Position numbers and translations under genes: made by a program. A stretch of DNA of 64,000 bases. Source: Minisyncoccota bacterium (GTDB lineage Bacteria > Patescibacteriota > Minisyncoccia > Phycocordibacterales > UBA9973). This document shows, one piece after another, positions 20,403 to 31,123 of the stretch. Position 1 is the stretch's first letter. Each line of letters starts with the position of its first letter. The stretch lies in contig JBAYHJ010000005.1 in the NCBI GenBank assembly GCA_041666225.1, forward strand, positions 2,320 through 66,319, written 5' to 3'. The notes under the pieces were generated by a model. That model was given only the letters and a program-made list of their open reading frames with translations, made no database searches and was not told the DNA's origin.

Positions 20403-21453
20403 TGCTTTAAAAATATTTTTACCGGCAGTAATAAGTTTCATTGTTGGATTACTTCTAACTCCAGTTGCAACACATTATTTTTATAAATATAAAATGTGGC
20501 GTAGGGTTTCAAGAAACAATAATATTTCAGCAGAAAAATTAGAAGGATTTTCAAAGATTCATGACCATGTAGCTGAAGTCTCGACTCCACGTACGGGTGG
20601 TATGATAATTTGGATATCAGTCATCTTGACCGTTGCTGTTGTTTGGTTTATTGATATTTTATTTCAATATGATTCAATAAATAAATTTTATTTTATTAGT
20701 CGAGCTCAAACACTCTTGCCATTTTTTACACTAGTTGTGGCTTCACTCATTGGTTTAGGTGATGATTTTTTGCAAATTTTTGGACGAGGAAAATGGACAA
20801 CGGATCCAATTATTTTAAGATACATAAAAATAGGAATCATTTTAACACTTGGTCTTGTTATAGGACTTTGGTTTTATTTTAAACTAGGAGTTTCTGATTT
20901 ATATATTCCTTGGTATGGTTTTATAAATTTAGGTTATTTGTTTATTCCATTTTTTATTTTAATAATGCTTTCCTTATGGTCATCTAGTGTCATCGATGGA
21001 GTAGATGGTCTCTCAGGTGGAGTTCTTGCTTCAATCTTTATGGCTTATACACTTATAGCTTTCTTTAACAATCAAACAGATATTGCTACTTTTTGTGCGG
21101 TTATTACTGGAGCAATAATTGCTTTCTTGTGGTTCAATATTCCTCCTGCCCGTTTTTATATGGGTGAATCTGGAATGATTGGTCTTACTGTAACTCTCGC
21201 TGTTTTAGCCTTTATGACTGATACAGTTTTACTTCTTCCAATTATTGCTTTTCCGCTTTTTATCACATCACTTTCAGATGTTATTCAGATTACTTCACGA
21301 AAACTTAGAAATGGAAAAAAAGTATTCTTATTTGCTCCACTCCATCATCATTTTGAAGCTATGGGGTGGCCAAAATACAAAGTAACTATGCGTTACTGGA
21401 TCGTAGGAGTAATGACATCAATAATAGGAGTAATTATTTCTATTTTAAATTAA
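20395..21453 (+). CDS. mraY: Phospho-MurNAc-pentapeptide transferase
   Basis: TPRTGG, DGVDGL, FYMGE, APLHHHFE. Confidence 0.95.
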   Translation: MTNALKIFLPAVISFIVGLLLTPVATHYFYKYKMWRRVSRNNNISAEKLEGFSKIHDHVAEVSTPRTGGMIIWISVILTVAVVWFIDILFQYDSINKFYFISRAQTLLPFFTLVVASLIGLGDDFLQIFGRGKWTTDPIILRYIKIGIILTLGLVIGLWFYFKLGVSDLYIPWYGFINLGYLFIPFFILIMLSLWSSSVIDGVDGLSGGVLASIFMAYTLIAFFNNQTDIATFCAVITGAIIAFLWFNIPPARFYMGESGMIGLTVTLAVLAFMTDTVLLLPIIAFPLFITSLSDVIQITSRKLRNGKKVFLFAPLHHHFEAMGWPKYKVTMRYWIVGVMTSIIGVIISILN

Positions 21454-21456
21454 ATA

Positions 21457-22572
21457 ATGAAAAAGTCCCCAATAGATAAAATTTTTTTTGGTATTGTTAT
21501 CACTCTAGTAGTGATAGGGTTAATTACTTTTACTTCGGCTTCTCTAGGAATACTTGCTAAAAATGAAGCAAAGTTTTATGGGGTAATTTTCAGTCAGTTT
21601 ATATTTGGATTTTTGGCCGGATTGATAGCTTTATATGTTGGATTAAAAATACCGTATAAATTTTTTAGACAATATTCTTTAATTTTATTTATTCTATCTA
21701 TTATTTTAACTGCACTTGTATTGATTCCAGGAATTGGACAGATTCACGGGGGGGCGCGTAGATGGATAAATATTTTAGGATACTCATTTCAGCCTGTTGA
21801 ATTTTTAAAAATTGGATTTATTATTTATTTTTCTGCTTGGTTATCTTGGGTAAAAGGGAAAGTTAAAGATCCGATGTTTAGTATTTTGCCACTTATTGTG
21901 TCTCTTGGTATTATCGCTGCTGTTTTATTAAAACAACCAGATACAAAAAGTATAATTCTTATATTTATAACTGCACTTACGATGCTGTTTGTTTCTGGCA
22001 CGCCAGTAAAATATATTTTAAGTTTTTTTGGTATAGCGATTGTTCTGGCTATAATTTTAGTTTCTTTTCAACCTTACCTAAGAGAACGAGTTAATACTTT
22101 TATTAATCCAAGTCAAAATAGCCAGGGTTCGTCATATCAATTACAACAATCATTAATCGCTGTTGGTTCAGGTGGGATTTTGGGTAGAGGTTTGGGGCAA
22201 AGTATTCAAAAATTTAATTATTTACCTGAACCACAAGGGGACTCTATCTTTGCAGTTATTGGAGAAGAAGTTGGATTTTTGGGTTGTGTTATTTTAATTA
22301 TTTTATATGTGGCATTTGCTTTACGCGGATATCGAATTGCTATTAGAAATGCCCCAGATTCATTTGCTAAATTACTTGTGATTGGTTTTATTACCATCAT
22401 AACAGCACAATCTTTCATGAATATCGCTTCTATTATTGGAGTTTTTCCACTTACTGGTGTACCTTTAGTTTTTATTTCTCAAGGGGGGACAGCCTTGCTT
22501 CTTTCACTAGGAATGATGGGTATTGTTCTGAATATTTCTCGTTTTCAAGGAAAGCCCATGCTGGAAAGATAG
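21457..22572 (+). CDS. ftsW: SEDS peptidoglycan polymerase FtsW
   Basis: GARRWI, FQPVEF, QPD, LPEPQGDSIF, GVPLVFISQGG. Confidence 0.93.
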   Translation: MKKSPIDKIFFGIVITLVVIGLITFTSASLGILAKNEAKFYGVIFSQFIFGFLAGLIALYVGLKIPYKFFRQYSLILFILSIILTALVLIPGIGQIHGGARRWINILGYSFQPVEFLKIGFIIYFSAWLSWVKGKVKDPMFSILPLIVSLGIIAAVLLKQPDTKSIILIFITALTMLFVSGTPVKYILSFFGIAIVLAIILVSFQPYLRERVNTFINPSQNSQGSSYQLQQSLIAVGSGGILGRGLGQSIQKFNYLPEPQGDSIFAVIGEEVGFLGCVILIILYVAFALRGYRIAIRNAPDSFAKLLVIGFITIITAQSFMNIASIIGVFPLTGVPLVFISQGGTALLLSLGMMGIVLNISRFQGKPMLER

Positions 22573-22599
22573 AACTAAATAATATATAATCAATAACAT

Positions 22600-23724
22600 A
22601 TGAAAATATTACTTACAGGAGGTGGAACAGGAGGACATTTTTATCCTCTTATTGCTATTGCAGAAAAACTTACAGAAATAGCTGACAAAGAAAAAATTAT
22701 TGATTTGAAACTTTATTATATGTCCGATAAGCCATACGACAAACGTTTGCTTTTTGAGAATAAAATTACTTTCGTACCGATTACTTCTGGTAAAATGCGA
22801 ACATATTTTTCTATAAATAATTTTTTTGATATTTTTAAAACAGCGACCGGTGCACTTTTTGGTCTCATTAGTATGTTTTTTATTTATCCAGATGTAGTTA
22901 TCTCAAAAGGAGGTTATGCTGCTTTTCCCGCAGTCTTTGCAGCAAAATTACTTCGAATTCCTGTTATTGTTCATGAATCAGATTCATTCCCGGGCAGACT
23001 CAATGTTTGGACAGCAAAATTTGCTTGGCATGTGGCTATATCGTGGCCAGAAGCAGCCGAATATTTACCAGAAGGTAAAACGGCTCTTACTGGTCAGCCA
23101 ATTCGTAAAGAGATATTGCACGGTGACCCAAATGGAGCCCATCAATTTTTTAAACTTAATCCCGATCTGCCTGTGATTCTTGTTGTGGGTGGTTCTCAAG
23201 GAGCTCAGATGATAAATGATATTATCGTAGACACACTTCCTGAATTACTTTCTAGATATCAGATTATTCATCAGGCCGGAATAAACAATATTGATAGTGT
23301 TAGTTCTCGAGCAAAATTATTAATGGAAAATAATCCCAACATGTCTAGGTATGCTCCTGTGTCTTATTTAAACAATCTTGCGACTCGTATGGCCGCTGGA
23401 TGTGCTGACCTAGTTATTTCACGTGCAGGTTCAGCAATATTTGAGATAGCATCATGGGGTGTACCTTCAATAATTATTCCGATTACAAATTCAAATGGAG
23501 ACCATCAAAGAAAAAATGCTTTCAATTATGCAAGAACTGGAGCGTGTGAAGTTATTGAAGAAAGTAATTTATCTTCCCATCTACTCGTTTCTGAAATAGA
23601 TAAAATTCTTTCCTCTTCTTCAAAACTAGCGAAGATGAAAGAAAGCGCTTTATCTTTTGCTTCACCAGAAGCCGCAGAGAAAATAGCTCAATCCGCAATA
23701 GACATAGCTCTGACTCATGAATAA
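22600..23724 (+). CDS. murG: MurG glycosyltransferase
   Basis: GGGTGGH, GGSQGA, SRAG, HQRKNA. Confidence 0.96.
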   Translation: MKILLTGGGTGGHFYPLIAIAEKLTEIADKEKIIDLKLYYMSDKPYDKRLLFENKITFVPITSGKMRTYFSINNFFDIFKTATGALFGLISMFFIYPDVVISKGGYAAFPAVFAAKLLRIPVIVHESDSFPGRLNVWTAKFAWHVAISWPEAAEYLPEGKTALTGQPIRKEILHGDPNGAHQFFKLNPDLPVILVVGGSQGAQMINDIIVDTLPELLSRYQIIHQAGINNIDSVSSRAKLLMENNPNMSRYAPVSYLNNLATRMAAGCADLVISRAGSAIFEIASWGVPSIIIPITNSNGDHQRKNAFNYARTGACEVIEESNLSSHLLVSEIDKILSSSSKLAKMKESALSFASPEAAEKIAQSAIDIALTHE

Positions 23725-25174
23725 TAATTATATGGATAAAAATACAAACACAAAAGTTATTACTCGTTTTGCTCCTTCACCGACTGGCTTTATGCATGTG
23801 GGAGGTATTCGCACTGCGCTTTATGCATATCTATGGGCAAAGAAAAATAATGGAACCTTTATTTTGCGTATTGAAGATACTGATAAAGCAAGAGAAGTTC
23901 CTGGTTCAATTGAACATATAATGAAAGCTCTCAAATGGATGGGCCTTGATTGGGATGAAGGTCCTGATATAGGAGGACCAAATGCTCCGTACAAACAATC
24001 TGAAAGACTAGAATCATATAAAAAATATGCACAAATTTTAATTAAAAAAGGCTTAGCTTATGCAGATCCTTACACAGAAGAAGAGGTTGAAGTTTTTCGT
24101 AAAAAAGCTGATGAAGAAAAAAGACCATTTTTATATAGAGAACATCGTCCCGATAACCCTCCTATTTGGGATGGATCTAAACCACTTCGTTTTAAAGTGC
24201 CTCTTATAAAACGTTATGAATGGAATGATTTGGTTTTTGGAAATCTTTCAGCTGGACCAGAAGCATTGGATGATTTTATCTTAATAAAAAGTGATGGCTA
24301 TCCTACTTATAATTTTGCTCATGTTATAGATGATCTTGAAATGCAAATAACTCATGTTATGCGGGGACAAGAATTTATTTCTTCTGTTCCTAAATATTTA
24401 TCTCTTTATGATGCTCTTGAAATAGAAAGGCCTCTTTTTGCAACATTACCACCTATAATGGGTAAGGACGGGAATAAAAAATTAGGAAAAAGAGATGGAG
24501 CAAAAGATGTACTTGATTATCCGAAAGAAGGATACTTGCCAGAAGCTATGATGAATTTCTTAGCATTTTTAGGATGGAATCCAGGTGGAGAAAAAGAAAT
24601 TTATACAAAGGATGAACTTATAAATGTTTTTGATATTTCGAGAATTGGACATTCTGGAGCTCAGTGGAATGATGATAAACTTGATTGGATTAATAAGGAA
24701 TATATTAAAAAACTTTCCACAAATGAATTAAAGGATAAAATTTTTGAATGGTTGCCAGAAGAATTAAAAATAGAAAAACTTATTTCGGTTATAACTGAGA
24801 GAATCTCAAAATTCGGAGATATTAAAACAATGGTAGATACTGGTGAGCTTGATTTTTATTATAAGAAACCAAATTATAATAAAGACAAATTAACTTATAA
24901 GAATTCTACAGAGACGGCACTTTCAAATAATTTAAATAATGCAGTTAGTAGTTTGTCCGAAATTGATGAGATTAATTTTAATAAAGAAACTGTAAAAGAT
25001 TCATTAAATAAAATTATAAGTGCTACTGGAATAAAAAGTGGAGAGATTTTGCACCCCGTACGTTTTGCATTATCTGGTTTAGATAAATCACCAGATCCAT
25101 TTATTTTGTCTGAGATTCTGGGTAAAAATGAAACTATTGAACGTTTAAATAATGCAATAAATTTCTTAAAATAG
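23717..25174 (+). CDS. gltX: Glutamate--tRNA ligase
   Basis: RFAPSPTG, HVGG, RIEDTD, KLGKR. Confidence 0.96.
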   Translation: MNNNYMDKNTNTKVITRFAPSPTGFMHVGGIRTALYAYLWAKKNNGTFILRIEDTDKAREVPGSIEHIMKALKWMGLDWDEGPDIGGPNAPYKQSERLESYKKYAQILIKKGLAYADPYTEEEVEVFRKKADEEKRPFLYREHRPDNPPIWDGSKPLRFKVPLIKRYEWNDLVFGNLSAGPEALDDFILIKSDGYPTYNFAHVIDDLEMQITHVMRGQEFISSVPKYLSLYDALEIERPLFATLPPIMGKDGNKKLGKRDGAKDVLDYPKEGYLPEAMMNFLAFLGWNPGGEKEIYTKDELINVFDISRIGHSGAQWNDDKLDWINKEYIKKLSTNELKDKIFEWLPEELKIEKLISVITERISKFGDIKTMVDTGELDFYYKKPNYNKDKLTYKNSTETALSNNLNNAVSSLSEIDEINFNKETVKDSLNKIISATGIKSGEILHPVRFALSGLDKSPDPFILSEILGKNETIERLNNAINFLK

Positions 25175-25188
25175 TATACTGTAAGGTA

Positions 25189-26466
25189 TTGATGAAAAAA
25201 TTAGTATTTTTTATTATTTTAATAGGTTTCTGCCTATATTTACTACCTATAGGAGTATTCGCTTTGACGGCAAGTGATGTCAGAAAACAGATTGATGATA
25301 CAAATAGCCAGATAGAGGCTCTGGATCGTGAGATTTTACAATATCAGTCTAAAATTACTAAAACTAGTACTGAGAAAAATACGCTTGCTAACGTAATCAA
25401 AGAACTAACTTTAACTAGAAGTAAATTAATAAAAGAACGTGAACAAATTCAGAAAAAAATTACAGCAACAGGGCTTGTGATAAATACACTTTCTAGTGAT
25501 ATAAAAGATAAGGAAAATTCTATTTCTATTTCTAAAAAATCATTAAGTCAGATGATAAAAGATTTAAATCAAAATGATGATATTCCTGTTGTAGAACGCC
25601 TTCTTACTGTAGATAATTTTTCTGATTTTAGTCGGGAATATAATAATTTACTTACATTAAATCAAAAAATTAAAGAAAATATCACAGAAGTATCTATTAA
25701 AAAAGAAGTTCTTTCCACAACAAAAAATCAAAAAGAAAGTGAGCAACAAAATTTAAATACTCTTAAAAATAATCTAGTTCAAAAAGAAAAAGTTGTTGCA
25801 ATTACTAAAAATGAAAAAGATACTCTATTAATTCAAACAAAAAATAAAGAAGCTGAATATCAAAAACTTCTTGCTGAAAAAATAAAAAAACGAGATGCTT
25901 TTGATAAGGCACTCGAGGATTATGAGGCTCAACTCAAATTTATTTTAAATCCTAAAATTTTACCAAAATCAGGTTCTGGTGTGTTGTCTTGGCCGCTTAG
26001 TTATGTATTAATAACTTCTCCGTTTGGTGAAAGATGGGGTAAATTTCATTATGGATTAGATTTTAGAGCTTCAGTTGGAACTCAAGTTATGGCTATGGCC
26101 TCTGGTGTTGTAGAGGGCACAGGGGATACAGATATCGCTTGTAAGGGTGCATCATTTGGTAAATGGGTTTTTATTAGATATAATAATGGTCTTTCTAGTA
26201 CTTATGGTCACTTATCAGTAATATCTGCAAAAGTTGGGCAGAAAGTAAAGGCTGGTGATATTGTAGGTCTATCTGGTAATACAGGTTCTTCTACTGGTCC
26301 ACATTTGCATGTAGGAATTTATGCTTCAACTGGAGTAAAAGTTGATACTGTACCAAGTAAAAGTTGTAATGGTAAAATATTTACTCAACCGATTGCAGCT
26401 CTAAATGCATACTTAGACCCAGCTCTTTATTTACCTAAAATAACTTCCGAAATGGTTAAAAAATAG
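25189..26466 (+). CDS. Secreted coiled-coil M23 peptidase
   Basis: Signal peptide, long coiled coil, HYGLD, YGHLS, STGPHLH. Confidence 0.92.
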   Translation: MMKKLVFFIILIGFCLYLLPIGVFALTASDVRKQIDDTNSQIEALDREILQYQSKITKTSTEKNTLANVIKELTLTRSKLIKEREQIQKKITATGLVINTLSSDIKDKENSISISKKSLSQMIKDLNQNDDIPVVERLLTVDNFSDFSREYNNLLTLNQKIKENITEVSIKKEVLSTTKNQKESEQQNLNTLKNNLVQKEKVVAITKNEKDTLLIQTKNKEAEYQKLLAEKIKKRDAFDKALEDYEAQLKFILNPKILPKSGSGVLSWPLSYVLITSPFGERWGKFHYGLDFRASVGTQVMAMASGVVEGTGDTDIACKGASFGKWVFIRYNNGLSSTYGHLSVISAKVGQKVKAGDIVGLSGNTGSSTGPHLHVGIYASTGVKVDTVPSKSCNGKIFTQPIAALNAYLDPALYLPKITSEMVKK

Positions 26467-26510
26467 TTTTTAATTTGCACAATATTTTAATTTAATGTTA
26501 TAATGTATTT

Positions 26511-26828
26511 ATGAATGATGACGAAAGAAAACCAAGATTACACATAAATATAGGAGGATTAATTATTCTTATAATAATCATTCTTATTTTATTTAAAGTT
26601 GACATTAAATCAAAAATAAAATCTCCTCAATTTCAAAAAAATGTGACTTACATAGAGGACACCGTAAAAGGTTTTTATGTAAAATACATCGCGAATCCTC
26701 TAAAAATAAAAGCTAGTGGTTTGTTTAGAGATGTTTCAAATGAGGGCGTAAAAAAGATGCAGGATAATTTTAATAATACTATTTTTAAAGTTCCAAGTAA
26801 TAAAGATATAGAAAAAGCCACCAATTAA
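26511..26828 (+). CDS. Hypothetical single-TM protein
   Basis: Leaderless-type start, hydrophobic helix, downstream terminator. Confidence 0.75.
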   Translation: MNDDERKPRLHINIGGLIILIIIILILFKVDIKSKIKSPQFQKNVTYIEDTVKGFYVKYIANPLKIKASGLFRDVSNEGVKKMQDNFNNTIFKVPSNKDIEKATN

Positions 26829-26859
26829 AAAAACCTAGTTTATCTAGGTTTTTTTAATT
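26823..26859. terminator. Bidirectional terminator
   Basis: aaaaaaacctag-tttat-ctaggttttttt. Confidence 0.8.
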
Positions 26860-26860
26860 G

Positions 26861-26942
26861 TGCCCGAGGTGGGAATCGAACCCACATCCCTTACGAGACA
26901 CGATTTTAAGTCGTGCGCGTATACCAGTTCCGCCACTCGGGC
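26861..26942 (-). tRNA. tRNA-Leu(TAA)
   Basis: GCCCGAG/CTCGGGC acceptor, CACGA-CTTAAAA-TCGTG anticodon arm, long variable arm, GGTTCGATTCC; CCA not encoded. Confidence 0.97.
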
Positions 26943-27015
26943 ATATACAATAAATGGCTACAGAATTATAATTACATAATTTTCAAAAAATTACAAATTT
27001 TGTTATACTCAAAAT

Positions 27016-28434
27016 ATGTCTAAACAGTATTATACAACTATAGGTCTTGAAGTTCATGCCGAATTAAATACTAATTCAAAAATGTTTTGTGGCTGTATTA
27101 ATAACCCAGACGAGAAAACTCCAAATGTTAATATATGCCCAATATGTATGGCACACCCTGGAACTCTTCCTGTTATCAATAAAAAGGCCGTAGAGAGTGT
27201 CATCCGAGTTGGTCTTGCTATAGGTGCGAATATCGCCGACTTTACTGAATTCGATCGTAAGAATTATTTTTACCCAGATATACCAAAAGCATATCAGATT
27301 TCTCAATACAAATTCCCAATAGTTTCTGGGGGTAAGTTAAATGGAGTAGATATTACTCGCATACACCTAGAGGAAGATACTGCAACTTCAAAACACGATA
27401 AAGGAGACTATTCTTTAGTTGATTTTAACCGTGCGGGAGTACCTTTAATGGAACTTGTAACTGAACCAGTTATTCACTCGTCTAAAGAAGCGGGAGATTT
27501 TGGGAGAGAACTTCAATTACTTTTGAAATATTTAGGTGTCTCTGAAGCAAATATGGAAAAGGGTCAAATGCGAGTTGAGCTCAATATTTCAATTTCAGAA
27601 GATAAAGAAAAACTTGGAACTAAATGTGAAATAAAAAACATTAACTCTTTCCGAGCTGTTGAACGTGCCGCTGAATACGAAATCAAGCGAATGTCGAAAC
27701 TTTTAGACGAAGGAAGGGAGGATGAAATTGTTCAGGAAACTCGCGGTTGGGATGAAAATAAACAATCTACTTTTTCTCAGCGTTCAAAAGAAAATGCAAA
27801 TGATTATAGATATTTTCCAGACCCAGATTTACCAAAATTGTTTTTGAGTAAAGTTTTTGACTTAGAGTCATTAAAAAGTGAATTACCTGAACTACCTGAA
27901 GCTAAACGTACTCGATATCGAAGTGATTTTGGAATTAAAGATGAAGATATTGAAAGTTATATCACAGATCAAGAACTTGGTTTATGGTTTGAGGGAGTAG
28001 CTAATTTATTAAACAATAATAAAGAACTCATAAAAACCGCATCAAATTATATTACTTCCGACTATCTAGGGCTAAAAAAGACATTGTTGGAAGTCCGACT
28101 TCCAACAATTCGAAATTTTACTGAACTTATGAATATGGTCAGTGATAGTAAAATATCATCTCGTGTAGCAAAAGATATACTTGCGATTATTGTCTTGAAA
28201 GATGAATCACCAATGAAAATCGCCGAGGAAAAAGGACTAATACAAAACCACGACGAAGGAGCACTAAAAGAAATCGTTCAAAAAATTATCGACGCAAATC
28301 CTGAAGTCGTGGCAACATATAAAGGTGGCAAAGAAAATGCCATTATGTCTTTAGTTGGTCAAGTAATGAAAGAATCAAAGGGCTCAGCTAACCCACAACT
28401 TGTTCAAAAATTATTAAAAGAATTACTTGCATGA
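27016..28434 (+). CDS. gatB: Asp/Glu-tRNA amidotransferase subunit B
   Basis: IGLEVHAEL, RKNYFYPD, DFNRAGVPLME, YRYFPDPDL. Confidence 0.97.
   Translation: MSKQYYTTIGLEVHAELNTNSKMFCGCINNPDEKTPNVNICPICMAHPGTLPVINKKAVESVIRVGLAIGANIADFTEFDRKNYFYPDIPKAYQISQYKFPIVSGGKLNGVDITRIHLEEDTATSKHDKGDYSLVDFNRAGVPLMELVTEPVIHSSKEAGDFGRELQLLLKYLGVSEANMEKGQMRVELNISISEDKEKLGTKCEIKNINSFRAVERAAEYEIKRMSKLLDEGREDEIVQETRGWDENKQSTFSQRSKENANDYRYFPDPDLPKLFLSKVFDLESLKSELPELPEAKRTRYRSDFGIKDEDIESYITDQELGLWFEGVANLLNNNKELIKTASNYITSDYLGLKKTLLEVRLPTIRNFTELMNMVSDSKISSRVAKDILAIIVLKDESPMKIAEEKGLIQNHDEGALKEIVQKIIDANPEVVATYKGGKENAIMSLVGQVMKESKGSANPQLVQKLLKELLA
28083..28109. repeat. 27-bp palindrome inside gatB
   Basis: attgttggaagtc-c-gacttccaacaat, identical to the copy in dapF. 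Confidence 0.85.
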
Positions 28435-28435
28435 T

Positions 28436-28666
28436 ATGAATAAAGTGAAGCTAGGTAAATATAGACATTACAAAGGAGGTATTTACGAAGTTATTGGAGT
28501 CGCTCGCCACAGTGAATATCCAGATCAAGAGCTAGTTATTTACACCCATCCAAATGAAGATGGCACAGAACAATTGTGGGCAAGACCAATTGAAATGTTT
28601 AAAGAAAACGTCGAAACAGAAAATTATAAGGGGGCTAGAGGTTTGAATACTTGGGTCAATAAGTAG
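28436..28666 (+). CDS. DUF1653-like protein (possible C-terminal frameshift)
   Basis: GKYRHYKGGIYEV, ARHSE, LWARPIEMF. Confidence 0.8.
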   Translation: MNKVKLGKYRHYKGGIYEVIGVARHSEYPDQELVIYTHPNEDGTEQLWARPIEMFKENVETENYKGARGLNTWVNK

Positions 28667-28678
28667 TATAATATTAAA

Positions 28679-29428
28679 ATGAATTTACTAAACAAAGTAG
28701 TATTAATTACAGGATCATCCAGTGGAATTGGGGAAGTTATTGCAAAAGCTTTTGCTAAAGAGGGATGCAAAGTAATAATTAACTGTAACAAAAATATAGA
28801 TAGTGCTAATAAAATCGTCCAAGATATTAACTCGTCTGGCGGTCAAGCCTTTTTCGTTCAAACTAATGTCTGGAAACAAAAAGATGTGGATGGCATGTTT
28901 AGAACAATTATTGATAAATTTGGAACATTAGATATTTTAATAAATAACGCTGGTGTAGCTAGAAGTAAAAAATTTTTAGAAACTAATTATGATGATTGGA
29001 TTCAAGAATTTAATGATAATTTTTTTGGTGCTGTTTTGTGTTCCCAAAAAGCCGCCCCAATTATGTTGAAGCAAAAATCTGGAGTAATTTTAAATACTTC
29101 TTCTATTAGGGGACTTTTGCAGACAGGAAGAGAGGGGATTATGCCATATTCAGCAGCCAAATCAGCTATAAATAATTTTACAAAAACTCTAGCAAAAGAA
29201 TTGGCACCAAATATACGAGTAAATGCAGTTGCTCCAGGTTTTACATATACACCAAATTATGATAAAAATTCTGCAGAAATGAATGATAGTTTTATCGAAA
29301 AAACATATATTAAACGATTTATAAAACCCATTGAAATAGCCGAGGCATTTATATATTTAGCAAAAGCAGATGCGGTTACGGGAGAAATACTAGTTGTTGA
29401 TGGAGGATTTACGTTAAAAGATGGTTAA
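28679..29428 (+). CDS. SDR oxidoreductase
   Basis: TGSSSGIG, NNAG, YSAAK. Confidence 0.95.
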   Translation: MNLLNKVVLITGSSSGIGEVIAKAFAKEGCKVIINCNKNIDSANKIVQDINSSGGQAFFVQTNVWKQKDVDGMFRTIIDKFGTLDILINNAGVARSKKFLETNYDDWIQEFNDNFFGAVLCSQKAAPIMLKQKSGVILNTSSIRGLLQTGREGIMPYSAAKSAINNFTKTLAKELAPNIRVNAVAPGFTYTPNYDKNSAEMNDSFIEKTYIKRFIKPIEIAEAFIYLAKADAVTGEILVVDGGFTLKDG

Positions 29429-29466
29429 AATATTATTCACTAATTTTATTAATTAAAAAATATACA

Positions 29467-30495
29467 ATGAATAAAAAAATAAAGGTAGCTATTAATGGTT
29501 TTGGAAGAATCGGTCGGGCATTTTTGAAAATTGTTTGGGATCGTGATGATATTGAAATTGTCGCCATTAATGACTTGGGTTCGATTGCAAGCTTATCATA
29601 TTTACTTCGTCACGATACTGTTTATCGTAACTGGGATCACAAAATAGAAGCAAATGGAACTGATTTAGTTATTGATGGAAAAGTTATTAAATATATCTCT
29701 GAGAAAGATACAACAAAACTCCCTTGGAAAGATTTAGATATTGATGTTGTTGTTGAATCAACAGGTCTCTTTACTTCGTTTGATAAAGCAAAATTCCATA
29801 TTGATTGCGGAGCCAAGAAGGTTGTCATCAGTGCTCCTTCAAAAGGAGCCGAGAGTACTATTCATGGTGAGACAATTCTTTTGGGTATAAATGAAGAAAA
29901 GTTTGGAACATGCGATATTACTTCCAATGCTTCTTGTACGACAAATGCAGCTTCGCCACTTATCGCTATAATGCACGAGAGTATTGGTATAGAGAAAGCC
30001 ATTTTAAATACTGTTCATGGATATACTGCGACTCAAGCCCTAGTTGATGGCCCAAGCAAGAAAGATCTTCGTGAGGGTCGTGCAGCAGCTCAAAACATCA
30101 TTCCTAGCTCTACAGGAGCCGCTATTGCCGTTACAGAAGCCTTTCCAGTATTGAAAGGTTTATTTGATGGTATATCTATACGTGTACCAGTTCCAGTAGG
30201 ATCAATCGTAGATATTACATTCATTGCTAAGAGAGATACAACAAAAGAAGAAGTAAATGAAATTATGAAAAAAGCCTCAGAAGATCCTTGCTGGGAAAAA
30301 TTATTTGCAGTTACAGAAGATCATCTAGTCTCAAGTGATATCCTTGGAGAGAGTCACCCTTGTATAGCTGACCTAGAAATGACTCGTGTCGTTGGTGGGA
30401 ACCTCGTCAAAGTTCTCGGCTGGTATGACAACGAAATGGGGTATACATATACACTAGTCGATCATGTAATTAAAACAGGTTTAACTATTAAATAA
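29467..30495 (+). CDS. gap: Glyceraldehyde-3-phosphate dehydrogenase
   Basis: INGFGRIGR, SNASCTTN, WYDNE. Confidence 0.97.
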   Translation: MNKKIKVAINGFGRIGRAFLKIVWDRDDIEIVAINDLGSIASLSYLLRHDTVYRNWDHKIEANGTDLVIDGKVIKYISEKDTTKLPWKDLDIDVVVESTGLFTSFDKAKFHIDCGAKKVVISAPSKGAESTIHGETILLGINEEKFGTCDITSNASCTTNAASPLIAIMHESIGIEKAILNTVHGYTATQALVDGPSKKDLREGRAAAQNIIPSSTGAAIAVTEAFPVLKGLFDGISIRVPVPVGSIVDITFIAKRDTTKEEVNEIMKKASEDPCWEKLFAVTEDHLVSSDILGESHPCIADLEMTRVVGGNLVKVLGWYDNEMGYTYTLVDHVIKTGLTIK

Positions 30496-30496
30496 T

Positions 30497-31123
30497 ATGA
30501 AAAAAATTATTAAAAATATATTTATTGTTATTGGTATCATAGTATTATTTTTATATTTGTTAATTTTTTTTATTGCAGAATCTATTAATAAAAGTTCTCG
30601 CATAGAAAGTGAAAATTATAAAAAAAATATGGATTTAATACAAAATAGAGATAAATATCTAGAATCTGATAATAATTTATTTAAGGAACCACAATTAATT
30701 GTAGATGTTGGATTAACTAAATACAATGATTTTTATTTAATAACGGATAAAAATTATGTCATTCTTCCTTACGGAAGACAACTAATAGATTCAAGAGGAA
30801 ATTATTACAGTCGAATGTTAATGACAAACCAAATAAGATTATCAAATCTTAAAAAATTATTAAATAAAGAAATAAAGATTAAAGTTCGTGCTACTAAAAA
30901 TTTACCGTATGGTTATAAAATAAATGAAAATAATCTAACAGATGTTTATCCTCTTAATCAGAGTACATATTATATGGCAGATATAATATTTGATAATTAT
31001 TATTTAGACATGAATTTTAATCCTTGTAATGAAAATTACAGTACAATTGATGGTTATTATTGTAAACAAGATGAACAGACAATATATCCTAGACAAAAAG
31101 AGTGGGAGGGTGAAAAAAATTAA
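30497..31123 (+). CDS. Hypothetical protein with N-terminal membrane anchor
   Basis: 208-aa ORF directly after gap. Confidence 0.7.
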   Translation: MKKIIKNIFIVIGIIVLFLYLLIFFIAESINKSSRIESENYKKNMDLIQNRDKYLESDNNLFKEPQLIVDVGLTKYNDFYLITDKNYVILPYGRQLIDSRGNYYSRMLMTNQIRLSNLKKLLNKEIKIKVRATKNLPYGYKINENNLTDVYPLNQSTYYMADIIFDNYYLDMNFNPCNENYSTIDGYYCKQDEQTIYPRQKEWEGEKN

